A stretch of 64,000 nt of DNA from NCBI GenBank assembly GCA_963813155.1, contig CAWEYG010000001.1, positions 704,001-768,000 of the forward strand. The letters are read 5' to 3'. The position numbers were made by a program, and so were the translations under genes. Shown here piece by piece: positions 22,382-31,349 of this stretch. Each line of letters starts with the position of its first letter. Positions within the stretch are counted from its first letter, which is position 1. The notes under the pieces were generated by a model that worked only from the letters and a program-made list of their open reading frames with translations, was not told the origin of the DNA and did not search any database. Source of the stretch: an uncultured Acidobacteriota bacterium. Lineage in GTDB: Bacteria > Acidobacteriota > Thermoanaerobaculia > UBA5066 > DATFVB01.

Positions 22382-22971
22382 CCCCGCGCCAGAAACGACT
22401 GGGGCTTCTCGGCGTGCTGGGAGCACTGCTCCTTCTGCTCGTGATCCGCGCCCGGCCGGCGGGGTCGCCGCCGCCGGCTCCGATCGCGCGCGGTTTCGAC
22501 GCGGACGCGGGCCCGAGACCGGGCTTCGGGCGAAAAGAGGACACCCGCGTGACGCCCGACCAGCTTCCCGACATCGACCCGACCGCGCTGCAGAACCGGC
22601 CAGCGGGTACTGCCGAGGCGAAGCGCGACCTCTTCAAGTTCCGCGAGCCTCCGCCTCCTCCTCCGAAGCCCCGGCCTCCCGCGTACACGCCGGCCGGGAG
22701 CTGGAATTTCGTCGGCCCGCTGCCGCCGCCTCCTCCGCCGCCGCCCCCGACGCCGCCGGCGATCCCGTTCCAGTTCACGGGAACGATCGGGCCGGCGAGG
22801 GAGCCGATTGCCGTCCTCGTCGAAGGGGACCGCCTCGTCCTGGCCCGGCAGGGGGAAACGGTGGACGGAAAATTCATCATTCGCAAGATCGGATACGAAT
22901 CGATCGACGTGGGATTCGCCGGATTCCCCGAGCAGAACCGGCAAAGGATCCCCGTCACTCCCGGGAAATGA
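22378..22971 (+). CDS. Pro-rich PilP/GspC-like protein
   Basis: N-terminal TM, RDLFKF, poly-Pro tract, C-terminal beta domain (FTGTIG..AVL..GETVDGKF); directly precedes the secretin. Confidence 0.55.
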   Translation: MTPRQKRLGLLGVLGALLLLLVIRARPAGSPPPAPIARGFDADAGPRPGFGRKEDTRVTPDQLPDIDPTALQNRPAGTAEAKRDLFKFREPPPPPPKPRPPAYTPAGSWNFVGPLPPPPPPPPPTPPAIPFQFTGTIGPAREPIAVLVEGDRLVLARQGETVDGKFIIRKIGYESIDVGFAGFPEQNRQRIPVTPGK

Positions 22972-25013
22972 AAAGGAGCCACCGCATGCAGGGATCGAAA
23001 TGGAAGTCTTTCGGCGCTCTCGCAACCGCCCTGGCAGCTCTCGCGGCCAGCGGCTGTGCGGGCGACCGGTTCTTTCGCCAGGGAAAAAATGACGAGGAGC
23101 TCGGCCGATGGGACCGGGCGGTCCTCGAGTACGGACAGGCGAAGGACCAGGACCCGAAGGATCTGCGGTACAAGATGGCGTTCGACCGCGCCCGCCGCAA
23201 AGCCGCGGAGGACCATTTCGCGAAGGGAAAGATGTACCTCTCGTCCGGGCGGCCGGACCTTGCCGTCATCGAGCTCGAGCAGACGACGCTCCTCGATCCG
23301 GAGAACGACTACGCGATCACGGAGCTCCGGCACGCGCGGGAGCAGCTCGCCAGGCTTGAACTGGAGAAGAGGGAACCAAGCAAGATGCAGAAGCTCGAGG
23401 AGGCGACGAAGAACGCCCGGGCCGTGATCCCGATTCTCCAGCCGGCCTCGAAACGCCCGATCTCGCTCAACTTCCCGCAGCCGCGGCCGATCAAGCAGAT
23501 CTACCTCGCGCTCGGGCAGGCCGCCGGGATCAACGTGATCTTCGACCCGGCGTTGAAGGACGATCCCGCCGCGATCGTTCTCACGAGCGTGACGTTTCAG
23601 AACGCGCTCGAAACGCTGATCCGCCAGGAAAACCATTTCTACAAGGTCGTGGACAGCCACACGATTCTCGTCGCGGCGGACAATCCCGCGAACCGCAAGA
23701 CGTACGAAGACCTCGTGATCAAGACGTTCTACCTTTCCAACGGCGACGTGACGGAGACGGCGAACGCGATCCGGGCGCTGCTCGGCACGGTCCATGTCTC
23801 GATCAACAAGCAGGAAAACGCGATCACGATGCGCGACACGGCCGACAAGGTCACGATCGCGCAGAGCATCATCGACCAGAACGACAAGGAGAAGGCCGAG
23901 ATCGTCATCGACGTCGAGCTGATGCAGATGGACCTGAACAAGAACACCGACCTCGGGTTCACATTCCCGCAATCGATCAGCGCGACGCTCCTGAACCCGG
24001 CGACAGCGCCGGGGACCCCGGACACCTCGGGCACAACCTCGACGGTCAACGTCATCACCCTCGACCAGCTGAAGAAGCTCGCGCTGAGCCAGTACGGTTT
24101 CACGGTGCCGAATTTTCAGGTGAACCTGATCAAGAGCGCCGGCAACGCGCAGGTTCTCGCGAAACCGGAGATGCGAATCTCCGAAGGGGAAAAGGCACAG
24201 CTCACGATCGGCGATCGCATCCCGATTCCGACGACGACGTTCAATACTCAGAACGCGATCGGCGGCACAGGCGCGATCGTTCCGATCACGTCGTTCCAGT
24301 ACCAGGACGTCGGCATCAAGATCGAGATGGAGCCGCGCGTGCACCACAACAAGGAAGTCACGCTGAAGTTGACGGTCGAAGTGTCGAACCTCGGAACTCC
24401 CGTGACATTCGGCGGCCAGACTCAACCGACGATCAGCACGCGGACGATCTCCTCGACGATCCGATTGAAGGACGGAGAGACGAACTTCCTCGCCGGCCTG
24501 ATCCGGAACGACAAGTCGCACAACTCCCAGGACGTTCCGTTTCTGGCGGATATCCCGATCCTGGGACGGCTCTTCTCGGACAAGCACAACACCGAGACGA
24601 GCACGGACCTCGTGATGACGATCACGCCGCACATCATCCGCGTGCCCGACATCAACGAGGAGGACCTGCTGCCGGTGTACGTCGGCACCGAGAACAACAT
24701 TTCCTACCAGGGCGCGCCGCGGGTGGAATCGTTCAACGGCGCCCGCGGGCCGTTCGACGATTCGGGCCAGCCGGCCCGCCAGCGGGCGCAGCCGGGCCAG
24801 CGCGTGAGGCCGCAAAATCCAGGGCAGACGAACCCCGGCCTCAATCTCGCCCCGTCCAGCGGGCCGAACAACCCGTTCACGCCGCCGAAAGCGTTCTCGA
24901 TCCCGCCTCCGCCGCCGCCTCCTCCTCCGCCGGGGTCGGCCAGCGCGACCCCGCCGCCGGGGTCGGCCCCTCAGCCGACCGCCGCTCCCTCGACGGAGGA
25001 TGACCATCAATGA
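22968..25013 (+). CDS. gspD: Lipoprotein secretin (GspD/PilQ family) with TPR-like N-terminus
   Basis: Lipobox LAASGC, TFYLSN N-domain, YQDVGIKIEMEP, LKDGET, VPFLADIPILGRLF, ITPHII. Confidence 0.88.
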   Translation: MKRSHRMQGSKWKSFGALATALAALAASGCAGDRFFRQGKNDEELGRWDRAVLEYGQAKDQDPKDLRYKMAFDRARRKAAEDHFAKGKMYLSSGRPDLAVIELEQTTLLDPENDYAITELRHAREQLARLELEKREPSKMQKLEEATKNARAVIPILQPASKRPISLNFPQPRPIKQIYLALGQAAGINVIFDPALKDDPAAIVLTSVTFQNALETLIRQENHFYKVVDSHTILVAADNPANRKTYEDLVIKTFYLSNGDVTETANAIRALLGTVHVSINKQENAITMRDTADKVTIAQSIIDQNDKEKAEIVIDVELMQMDLNKNTDLGFTFPQSISATLLNPATAPGTPDTSGTTSTVNVITLDQLKKLALSQYGFTVPNFQVNLIKSAGNAQVLAKPEMRISEGEKAQLTIGDRIPIPTTTFNTQNAIGGTGAIVPITSFQYQDVGIKIEMEPRVHHNKEVTLKLTVEVSNLGTPVTFGGQTQPTISTRTISSTIRLKDGETNFLAGLIRNDKSHNSQDVPFLADIPILGRLFSDKHNTETSTDLVMTITPHIIRVPDINEEDLLPVYVGTENNISYQGAPRVESFNGARGPFDDSGQPARQRAQPGQRVRPQNPGQTNPGLNLAPSSGPNNPFTPPKAFSIPPPPPPPPPPGSASATPPPGSAPQPTAAPSTEDDHQ

Positions 25014-25516
25014 AACGTCGGCCGCAAAGCCGCGCCGAAGTCCCGCCGCGATCCTCGCGGCGGACGAAGGCGGGCGGATTTACAATGGTCGAGCTCGCGA
25101 TCGTCTGCGCGATGATCCTGATCCTGACCGCGATGGTGATTCCCGTTTCCCGCTACACGCAGCAGCGCCAGAAAGAGCTGGAGCTGCGCTACGACCTCCG
25201 GCTGATGCGCAACGCGATCGACAAGTACAAGCAATACTCCGACGCCGGCCTGATCCCGATCGACCTGGACACCGAGGGCTACCCGAAGGAGCTCGCCAAG
25301 CTCGTCGACGGAATCGACCAGGTCGGACAGCTCAAGAAGCGACTCAAGTTCCTGCGCAAGGTTCCGGTCGATCCCATGACGGGCAACGCGGAATGGGGCC
25401 TTCGATCGCTGCAGGACGACGCGACCTCGACGTCGTGGGGCGGTCAGAACGTGTACGACGTGTATTCGCTCTCGCCCGACCGGGCGATCGACAAGTCGCA
25501 CTACAAGGACTGGTGA
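25010..25516 (+). CDS. Pseudopilin (GspG-like)
   Basis: Prepilin site G|FTMVEL; AIDKYK, GYP, LRKVPVDPMTG. Confidence 0.85.
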   Translation: MKRRPQSRAEVPPRSSRRTKAGGFTMVELAIVCAMILILTAMVIPVSRYTQQRQKELELRYDLRLMRNAIDKYKQYSDAGLIPIDLDTEGYPKELAKLVDGIDQVGQLKKRLKFLRKVPVDPMTGNAEWGLRSLQDDATSTSWGGQNVYDVYSLSPDRAIDKSHYKDW

Positions 25517-25520
25517 AAAC

Positions 25521-25943
25521 ATGAGAAGACGACGATCGGCGTCCGGTTTCACACTCCTCGAACTCCTCGTCGTGATGACCATCATCGGCATCCTCGCCGC
25601 CATCGCCGTGCCGGCTTTGAAGAACTCCCCACAGAAGGGGCGCGAAGCTGCGCTCAAGGAAGACCTCTTCACGTTCCGCTCGTGCCTCGACCAGTACCAC
25701 GGCGACAAGGGACACTATCCCCCCGACCTCGAGACCCTCGTCACGGACGGCTACATCCGCAAGATCCCGGTCGACCCGATCACGAAAGTGGATTCCACCT
25801 GGGTCATCGTCAAGGAGGAGATTCCCGAAGGGGAAGAAGGAGGCGCCGGCGCGGACGCGCCGCCGGACACGCCGGGCATCATCGACGTGCATTCGGGCTC
25901 GAAGGCCAAGGCCCTCGACGGGACTCTTTACAGTGACTGGTAA
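25521..25943 (+). CDS. gspG: Pseudopilin (GspG-like)
   Basis: G|FTLLELLVV; LDQYHGDKGHYP, YIRKIPVDP. Confidence 0.85.
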   Translation: MRRRRSASGFTLLELLVVMTIIGILAAIAVPALKNSPQKGREAALKEDLFTFRSCLDQYHGDKGHYPPDLETLVTDGYIRKIPVDPITKVDSTWVIVKEEIPEGEEGGAGADAPPDTPGIIDVHSGSKAKALDGTLYSDW

Positions 25944-26697
25944 TCGCTCCTCCTCCGGATACACGATGGTCGCAATCGCGATCTTCCTGCTCCTGCTGTC
26001 GATCGCGATGATGGAGGTCGCGCCGCTCGTCACGAAGGTCATGCAGCGTGAGCGCGAAGAGGAGCTCATCTTCCGGGGGAAGCAATACGCGCTCGCCTTC
26101 CTGAACTTCCAGAAGCGCCAGGGGCGATTCCCGCTGGCGCTGAAGGAGCTCATGCAGACGCAGCCGCGGTCGGCGCGCAAGCTGTTCAAAGACCCGATGT
26201 GCGACTGCGACGACTGGGGCCTCATCCACGTCGGCCAGCCATGGCCTCCGCCCGTCGTCAATCCCGCCGACTCGGCGACGGGCCTCGCGGGCCTGCCCGC
26301 CGGCGCGACGGGCCCCGACGACCGCCAGAGGCCGGGCCAGCCCACTTCGCCCCTCCCCTCGTCCTACACGCAGCCGCCTCCGTCCGGCGACCAGGGGCAG
26401 GGCCAGGGACAGCGAAATCGCGGCAACGGGGCGGGTTTTTCCAATGACTCGGTGTTCCAGGACACCGGCCAGGAAGTCAACAACTCTCCGATCATCGGCG
26501 TGTACTCCAAGGTCCACAAGAAGGGGCTGCGGACCTTCAAGGGCCAGGACTATTACGACCTGTGGGGCTTCATCGCGGGGCAGAACAACGACGACCTGCC
26601 GGACGTGATGCCCCTTCCCTGGAATCAGCCGAAGCCGAACCCCGACCCGGGCACGCTGGGAGGTCCGAAGACGACCGGTACGCCACCGCCAAATTGA
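25933..26697 (+). CDS. Atypical minor pseudopilin lacking Glu5
   Basis: G|YTMVAIAI, REREEELIFRG, RKLFKDPM; low-complexity Pro/Gly/Gln insert. Confidence 0.7.
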   Translation: MTGNRSSSGYTMVAIAIFLLLLSIAMMEVAPLVTKVMQREREEELIFRGKQYALAFLNFQKRQGRFPLALKELMQTQPRSARKLFKDPMCDCDDWGLIHVGQPWPPPVVNPADSATGLAGLPAGATGPDDRQRPGQPTSPLPSSYTQPPPSGDQGQGQGQRNRGNGAGFSNDSVFQDTGQEVNNSPIIGVYSKVHKKGLRTFKGQDYYDLWGFIAGQNNDDLPDVMPLPWNQPKPNPDPGTLGGPKTTGTPPPN

Positions 26698-26742
26698 CCT
26701 CGGAATACCGTAAACGCTTTATTTGAAGGGTCTTGGCTTCCA

Positions 26743-26758
26743 CGGCACACCTCGTGCA
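26743..26758 (+). promoter_or_regulatory. Candidate sigma54 -24/-12 promoter
   Basis: CGGCACACCTCGTGCA (GG-N10-GC), with an AT-rich IHF-like tract at about 26711-26726. Confidence 0.4.
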
Positions 26759-26787
26759 CCGCAACTAAAATAGGACTCGGAAATGAA

Positions 26788-28059
26788 ATGATCCAGAAAT
26801 TCGTACTGCCCAACCAGGCAACGGTCCTGATCGACGAGATGCGGGACGTCCGTTCGCTCGCGCTCGGCTTTTTCTGCAAGACCGGTTCGGCCGACGAGCC
26901 GGAATCCCGGCGCGGCCTCTCGCATTTCCTCGAGCACCTGCTGTTCAAGCGAACGAAGCATCGCTCGCCGCTCGCGATCGCCCGCGCGATCGATGGCCTC
27001 GGCGGCGACGCAGACGCCTTCACGACGAAGGAGTACACAGCTTTCTACGCCCACACGCTCGACTCGAAGTTCGCCGAAGCGCTCGATCTGCTCGGGGACG
27101 TCGTTCTTTCCCCCGCGTTCGGATCGGAGGACATCGAGCGCGAACGCGGAGTCATCCTCGAGGAGATCGGCGAATGCAACGACACGCCGGACGACCTCGT
27201 CCACGAGCTCTTCGTGAGATCGTTCTGGAGGAACCACCCGCTCGGCGAGCCGATCCTCGGCACGGTCGAATCGGTTCGAAGGATCACCAAGTCGGATATT
27301 TCCTCGTTTTATCGGGAACGGTACGGCGCCCACAATCTGATCGTCTCGGTCGCGGGCCACGTCCGGGCCGCGCAGGTTCTTCCGGCGATCGAACGGTTGT
27401 TTTCCCGCCGCCCTTCGGGCGAGATCTTTCCGATCCCGGTCCGGCGGCCGAAGCCTTTTCAGCACTGCTCCGTCGAGCGCCGGGCCGGCCTCGAGCAGGC
27501 CCACGTCTGCCTCGGCATGAGCGGCCCGTCGCAAAATTCCTCCCGGCGATACGCGGCGAATCTCCTCGACATCCTCCTCGGAGGAGGCATGTCGTCGCGC
27601 CTGTTCCAGGAGGTTCGCGAGAAACGCGGCCTCGTGTACTCGATCGGTTCCTCGCTCAATTCGTACCGTCTCGGCGGTTACGAAACGATCCAGGCCTCGT
27701 GCGCCCCGAAGAATCTTCCCCGCGTGATCGACACGACGCTGTCGGTCCTGCGAAAGATCCGGCGGGACGGCGCCCGGCCCCGCGAGATCCTGCGCGCGAA
27801 GGAGTTTCTGAAGGGAAATCTGATGCTGTCGCTCGAGTCGACGGTGTCGCGAATGTCGGCGCAGGCCCGGCGCGAGTTCTATTTCGGCCGCGTCGAGGCT
27901 CCGGAAGGGTGGCTCGCGAAGGTCGAAGCGGTCTCTCAGGACGAGATCGAGGCGGTGACCGAGGACATGTGCTCGGGCAACTCCCTCTCCCTTTCGATTG
28001 TCGGCGACGTGCGCAACCTGCACTATTCGGGCGCGGACCTCGCGGCGGCGGTAGCGTAG
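26788..28059 (+). CDS. M16 family zinc peptidase
   Basis: HFLEH inverted zinc motif, AFTTKEYT, LGGGMSSRLFQEVREKRGLVY. Confidence 0.92.
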   Translation: MIQKFVLPNQATVLIDEMRDVRSLALGFFCKTGSADEPESRRGLSHFLEHLLFKRTKHRSPLAIARAIDGLGGDADAFTTKEYTAFYAHTLDSKFAEALDLLGDVVLSPAFGSEDIERERGVILEEIGECNDTPDDLVHELFVRSFWRNHPLGEPILGTVESVRRITKSDISSFYRERYGAHNLIVSVAGHVRAAQVLPAIERLFSRRPSGEIFPIPVRRPKPFQHCSVERRAGLEQAHVCLGMSGPSQNSSRRYAANLLDILLGGGMSSRLFQEVREKRGLVYSIGSSLNSYRLGGYETIQASCAPKNLPRVIDTTLSVLRKIRRDGARPREILRAKEFLKGNLMLSLESTVSRMSAQARREFYFGRVEAPEGWLAKVEAVSQDEIEAVTEDMCSGNSLSLSIVGDVRNLHYSGADLAAAVA

Positions 28060-28076
28060 CGGGAGGCGCGTGCAAT

Positions 28077-28100
28077 GTCATTCCCGCGAAAGCGGGAATC
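28077..28100. repeat. REP/dRS3-like palindrome
   Basis: GTCATTCCCGCGAAAGCGGGAATC contains ATTCCC-N8-GGGAAT. Confidence 0.7.
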
Positions 28101-28117
28101 GCTCGGGCAAACCCCGA

Positions 28118-28200
28118 CCTCACCCACCGCTCACGCGGTTCCCACTCCCGCGTTTACTTCTCGATCTAAAGGCTGCCAGATGGAGAGGGAAGGTAGCGGA
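28118..28200 (+). repeat. Dispersed structured intergenic repeat, copy 1
   Basis: CCTCACCC-hairpin-CTCCCGCGTTTACT-N6-TCT(A/G)AAGGCTGCC-GGAGAGGGAA; matches the reverse complement of 35824-35901. Confidence 0.75.
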
Positions 28201-28244
28201 TAAGACACTCCGCGCTCAGATCTTGCCTCAGGCATAATCCCCCC

Positions 28245-28700
28245 GTGCCGATCGCTCAGATCACGGTTCCGGTTCGCGTGCTGCCCCACGGGGAGGGGTT
28301 GCCGCTGCCGCGGTACGCCAGCGACGGAGCCGCGGGCTGCGATCTCCACGCCGCGATCGACGAACCGATTCTCCTGGCGCCCGGCGACCGAGCCGCCGTT
28401 CCGACCGGCATCGCCCTCGCGATCCCGGAAGGGTTCGAGGGACAGGTCCGGGCGCGCTCGGGCCTCGCCCTGCGCCACGGGATCGCCTGCGTGAACGCGC
28501 CGGGCACGATCGATTCCGACTACCGGGGTGAAGTGAAAGTCATCCTCGGCAATCTCGGCCGCGAGCCGTTCGAGATCCGGCGAGGGGACCGAATCGCGCA
28601 GGTCGTGTTCGCGCCGGTCGTTCGCGCGGAGATTCAGAAGGTCGACGAGCTGTCCGACTCGGCGCGGGGCCCGGGCGGATTCGGATCGACCGGCCGCTGA
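28245..28700 (+). CDS. dut: dUTP diphosphatase
   Basis: [34 protein letters not shown]. Confidence 0.96.
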   Translation: MPIAQITVPVRVLPHGEGLPLPRYASDGAAGCDLHAAIDEPILLAPGDRAAVPTGIALAIPEGFEGQVRARSGLALRHGIACVNAPGTIDSDYRGEVKVILGNLGREPFEIRRGDRIAQVVFAPVVRAEIQKVDELSDSARGPGGFGSTGR

Positions 28701-29524
28701 ATCGCGCGGCGGCGCAGAAGCGCCCGGCCCCATCGCGGCCCCCGGCGCATGCCGACGACCCGGATATCTTCGATCCAGCCGAAAATTCGCCGGGCGGCGG
28801 GCCAGCGAAGATCCCGGAGCGCAAGGCCCGCCCGAAGCTCTTCCTCCCAACGGGACCGGAGCCCGAGGAGCGTCTCTTCCGGCTCCGTCCGGAACGCATA
28901 AGAAGGGAAACGAACGACGGTCTGCTGTCGCAGGAAGGAGATCCTCGCTCCGGCTCGGCGGCACCGCAGCCAGAGGTCGATGTCTCCGTGGATACGAAGC
29001 CCGTCGCGCCAGCCCCCCACGCGAATGTAGGCGCTCCGCGTGTGGAGCACTTGAGTCGGAGAAACGCAGGCGAGAACCCATCGCGGCGGAGCCTCTCCGC
29101 CGCGCGCCACGTCGAACGGCAGATAGTGCGGCCGCGGACGGCCGTCGGCCCAGACGAGAACCGGGCGGGAAAAGACGAGATCGGCCCCGCGGCGGTCGAG
29201 CTCTCCGACGAGGCTGTCGAGATGGTCGGGCGCCCAGAGGTCGTCGGGGGACAGGTAGGCGATGAGCTTTCCCCTCGAGCCGGCGACCGCGCGCGCGCGA
29301 TTGGAGTACCCGTATCCCGGCGCTTTCGGAAACCCTTCCCATCGGACCCGGGGATCGCCCGTCGAAAGAGCGGCTTGCTCGACCGGTTCGGCCGCGCCGT
29401 CTCCCACGACGACGACTTCGAAATTCTCGAAGGTCTGGCGAAGGATCGAGCGGAGCGCCGCGGGCAGGAGCTCCGCGCCGGAATGCACGGGAACGATGAC
29501 CGAAACTCTCGCCGGCAGAGGCAT
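28634..29524 (-). CDS. Glycosyltransferase family 2
   Basis: [44 protein letters not shown] -10 lies 7 nt before ATG 29524. Confidence 0.85.
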   Translation of the reverse strand: MPLPARVSVIVPVHSGAELLPAALRSILRQTFENFEVVVVGDGAAEPVEQAALSTGDPRVRWEGFPKAPGYGYSNRARAVAGSRGKLIAYLSPDDLWAPDHLDSLVGELDRRGADLVFSRPVLVWADGRPRPHYLPFDVARGGEAPPRWVLACVSPTQVLHTRSAYIRVGGWRDGLRIHGDIDLWLRCRRAGARISFLRQQTVVRFPSYAFRTEPEETLLGLRSRWEEELRAGLALRDLRWPAARRIFGWIEDIRVVGMRRGPRWGRALLRRRAIQRPVDPNPPGPRAESDSSSTF

Positions 29525-29586
29525 CGGCGGGAGCATACGACGCCGGTCTGGTAAAATCCCCGGGTGCGGCTTCCCGAAAAGCGACG

Positions 29587-30357
29587 ATGAGGATCTCGGT
29601 GCTCGGCTCCGGATCGGGTGGCAACGCGACGGTCCTGTCCTCCGGAAAAACGGCCGTGCTCGTCGACGCCGGGTTCGGCCCGAAATCGCTCGCGAAAAAG
29701 TGCCTGCTCGCGGGCGTCGAGCCCTCCTCTCTGTCGGCGCTCTTCATCACGCACGAGCACAGCGACCACCGAATCGGCGCCCTGGATTTCGCCGAAGCGT
29801 ACGGCATCCCGATCTTCTGCTCCCGCGGGACCGCGGAAGCGCTCGGCCTCGACGGATCGCTCTTCGCCCACTACGTGAGCGTGTCGGGAGGGCGCGAAGG
29901 GCGGGTCGGGGACCTCTCCTTCCGGGCGTTCGCGACCCCCCACGACGCGAACGAGTCGCTCGCGTTCCGGTTCGAAGACGGGTCGTCCTCGTGCGCCGTG
30001 GCGACGGACCTCGGGCACTGCGACGACGAATTCGTGGAGTTCCTGCGCGGGGCGCAGGCGCTTCTGTTCGAATTCAATCACGACGAAGACCTGCTTCGGG
30101 ACGGGCCGTACCACTGGAATCTCAAGAAGCGGATCACCGGGGGCCTCGGCCATCTCTCCAACCGGCAGTCCGCCGAGGCGCTCGCCCGCGCGTCGGGACC
30201 GGCGCTCCGGCAGGTCGTCGCGCTCCACCTTTCCCGGCAGAACAACGACCCGGCGCTCGTTCTCGCGCTGCTCTCGGAAACGCTCGAAAAGTCGGAAAGC
30301 GGCGCGAACTTCGGCTGCGCCGACCAGACCCGCGGTTATGAAACAATCGACATCTGA
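29587..30357 (+). CDS. MBL-fold metallo-hydrolase (YycJ/WalJ-like)
   Basis: LGSGSGGN, VDAG, THEHSDH, PHDA, TDLG, EFNHD, GHLSN, HLSRQNN. Confidence 0.88.
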   Translation: MRISVLGSGSGGNATVLSSGKTAVLVDAGFGPKSLAKKCLLAGVEPSSLSALFITHEHSDHRIGALDFAEAYGIPIFCSRGTAEALGLDGSLFAHYVSVSGGREGRVGDLSFRAFATPHDANESLAFRFEDGSSSCAVATDLGHCDDEFVEFLRGAQALLFEFNHDEDLLRDGPYHWNLKKRITGGLGHLSNRQSAEALARASGPALRQVVALHLSRQNNDPALVLALLSETLEKSESGANFGCADQTRGYETIDI

Positions 30358-30363
30358 GGTCCG

Positions 30364-30603
30364 ATGAAAGTCGAAGTCCGAGTTTATCCGAAAGAATCCG
30401 TTCTCGACCCCCAGGGCAAAGCGATCGCGAGCGCGCTCCAGCGGCTCGGCCATTCCGTGTCGGACGTTCGGGCCGGAAAGATCTTCTTCGTCGATTTCGA
30501 CACTCCGGACCGGCAGACGGCGGAAGCGGAAGCGCGCAAAATGGCCGAAGAGCTCCTCGCCAACACGGTCATCGAGGGTTACGACGTCGTGGTGCGGGGA
30601 TGA
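30364..30603 (+). CDS. purS: Phosphoribosylformylglycinamidine synthase subunit PurS
   Basis: VLDPQG, VRAGK, LLANTVIE. Confidence 0.95.
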   Translation: MKVEVRVYPKESVLDPQGKAIASALQRLGHSVSDVRAGKIFFVDFDTPDRQTAEAEARKMAEELLANTVIEGYDVVVRG

Positions 30604-30625
30604 CGACCCGAATGGGGAGCAGCGC

Positions 30626-31345
30626 ATGAAGTTCTCGATCGTCGTCTTCCCCGGAAGCAACTGCGAGCACGATTGCTACCACATCGCGCGAAACCTCCTC
30701 GGCCTCGAGGCGGAATACGTCTGGCACCAGGAGACGACGCTCGGCGACACCGACGCCGTGATTCTTCCGGGAGGATTCGCCTACGGCGACTACCTGCGCT
30801 CCGGCGCGATGGCCCGCTTCTCGCCGGTCATGAACGCGGTCGCGGAGTTCGCCGCAAAGGGCGGCCCGGTCGTCGGGATCTGCAACGGTTTTCAGGTCCT
30901 CTGCGAGGCGCGCCTTCTTCCCGGCGCTCTGCGCGTCAACAAGACGCTGCGCTACCTGTGCCAGGACGTGTTTCTCCGCTGCGAGAACAACGAGAACCCC
31001 TGGACGAACCTCTACGAGAAGGGGCAGATCACGCGGATGCCGATCGGGCACGGCGAGGGCAACTACACCGCGTCGCCCGACGAGCTCCGGAGGCTGGAAA
31101 GGGACGGCCGGGTCGTCTTTCGCTACTGCGAGCCGGGCGGCGAGCTGAGCGAGGATTCCAATCCCAACGGCTCCGACGCCTCGATTGCCGGCATCTGCAA
31201 CGAGGCGGGAAACGTCGTCGGCCTCATGCCCCACCCCGACCGGTGCTCCGAGAAGATCCTGACCAACGACGCAGGAATCCTGCTTTTCGAATCGTGCGCC
31301 GAGTGGGTGCGGTCCGGAAAGACCACTCTGGCGGCGGCCCGCTGA
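30626..31345 (+). CDS. purQ: FGAM synthase glutaminase subunit
   Basis: [30 protein letters not shown]. Confidence 0.96.
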   Translation: MKFSIVVFPGSNCEHDCYHIARNLLGLEAEYVWHQETTLGDTDAVILPGGFAYGDYLRSGAMARFSPVMNAVAEFAAKGGPVVGICNGFQVLCEARLLPGALRVNKTLRYLCQDVFLRCENNENPWTNLYEKGQITRMPIGHGEGNYTASPDELRRLERDGRVVFRYCEPGGELSEDSNPNGSDASIAGICNEAGNVVGLMPHPDRCSEKILTNDAGILLFESCAEWVRSGKTTLAAAR

Positions 31346-31349
31346 CCTG

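Noticed and set aside
22640-24960. CCG/CCT trinucleotide tracts as tandem repeats or contingency loci
   Set aside because: They encode poly-proline linkers in the PilP-like protein and secretin, using mixed codons.
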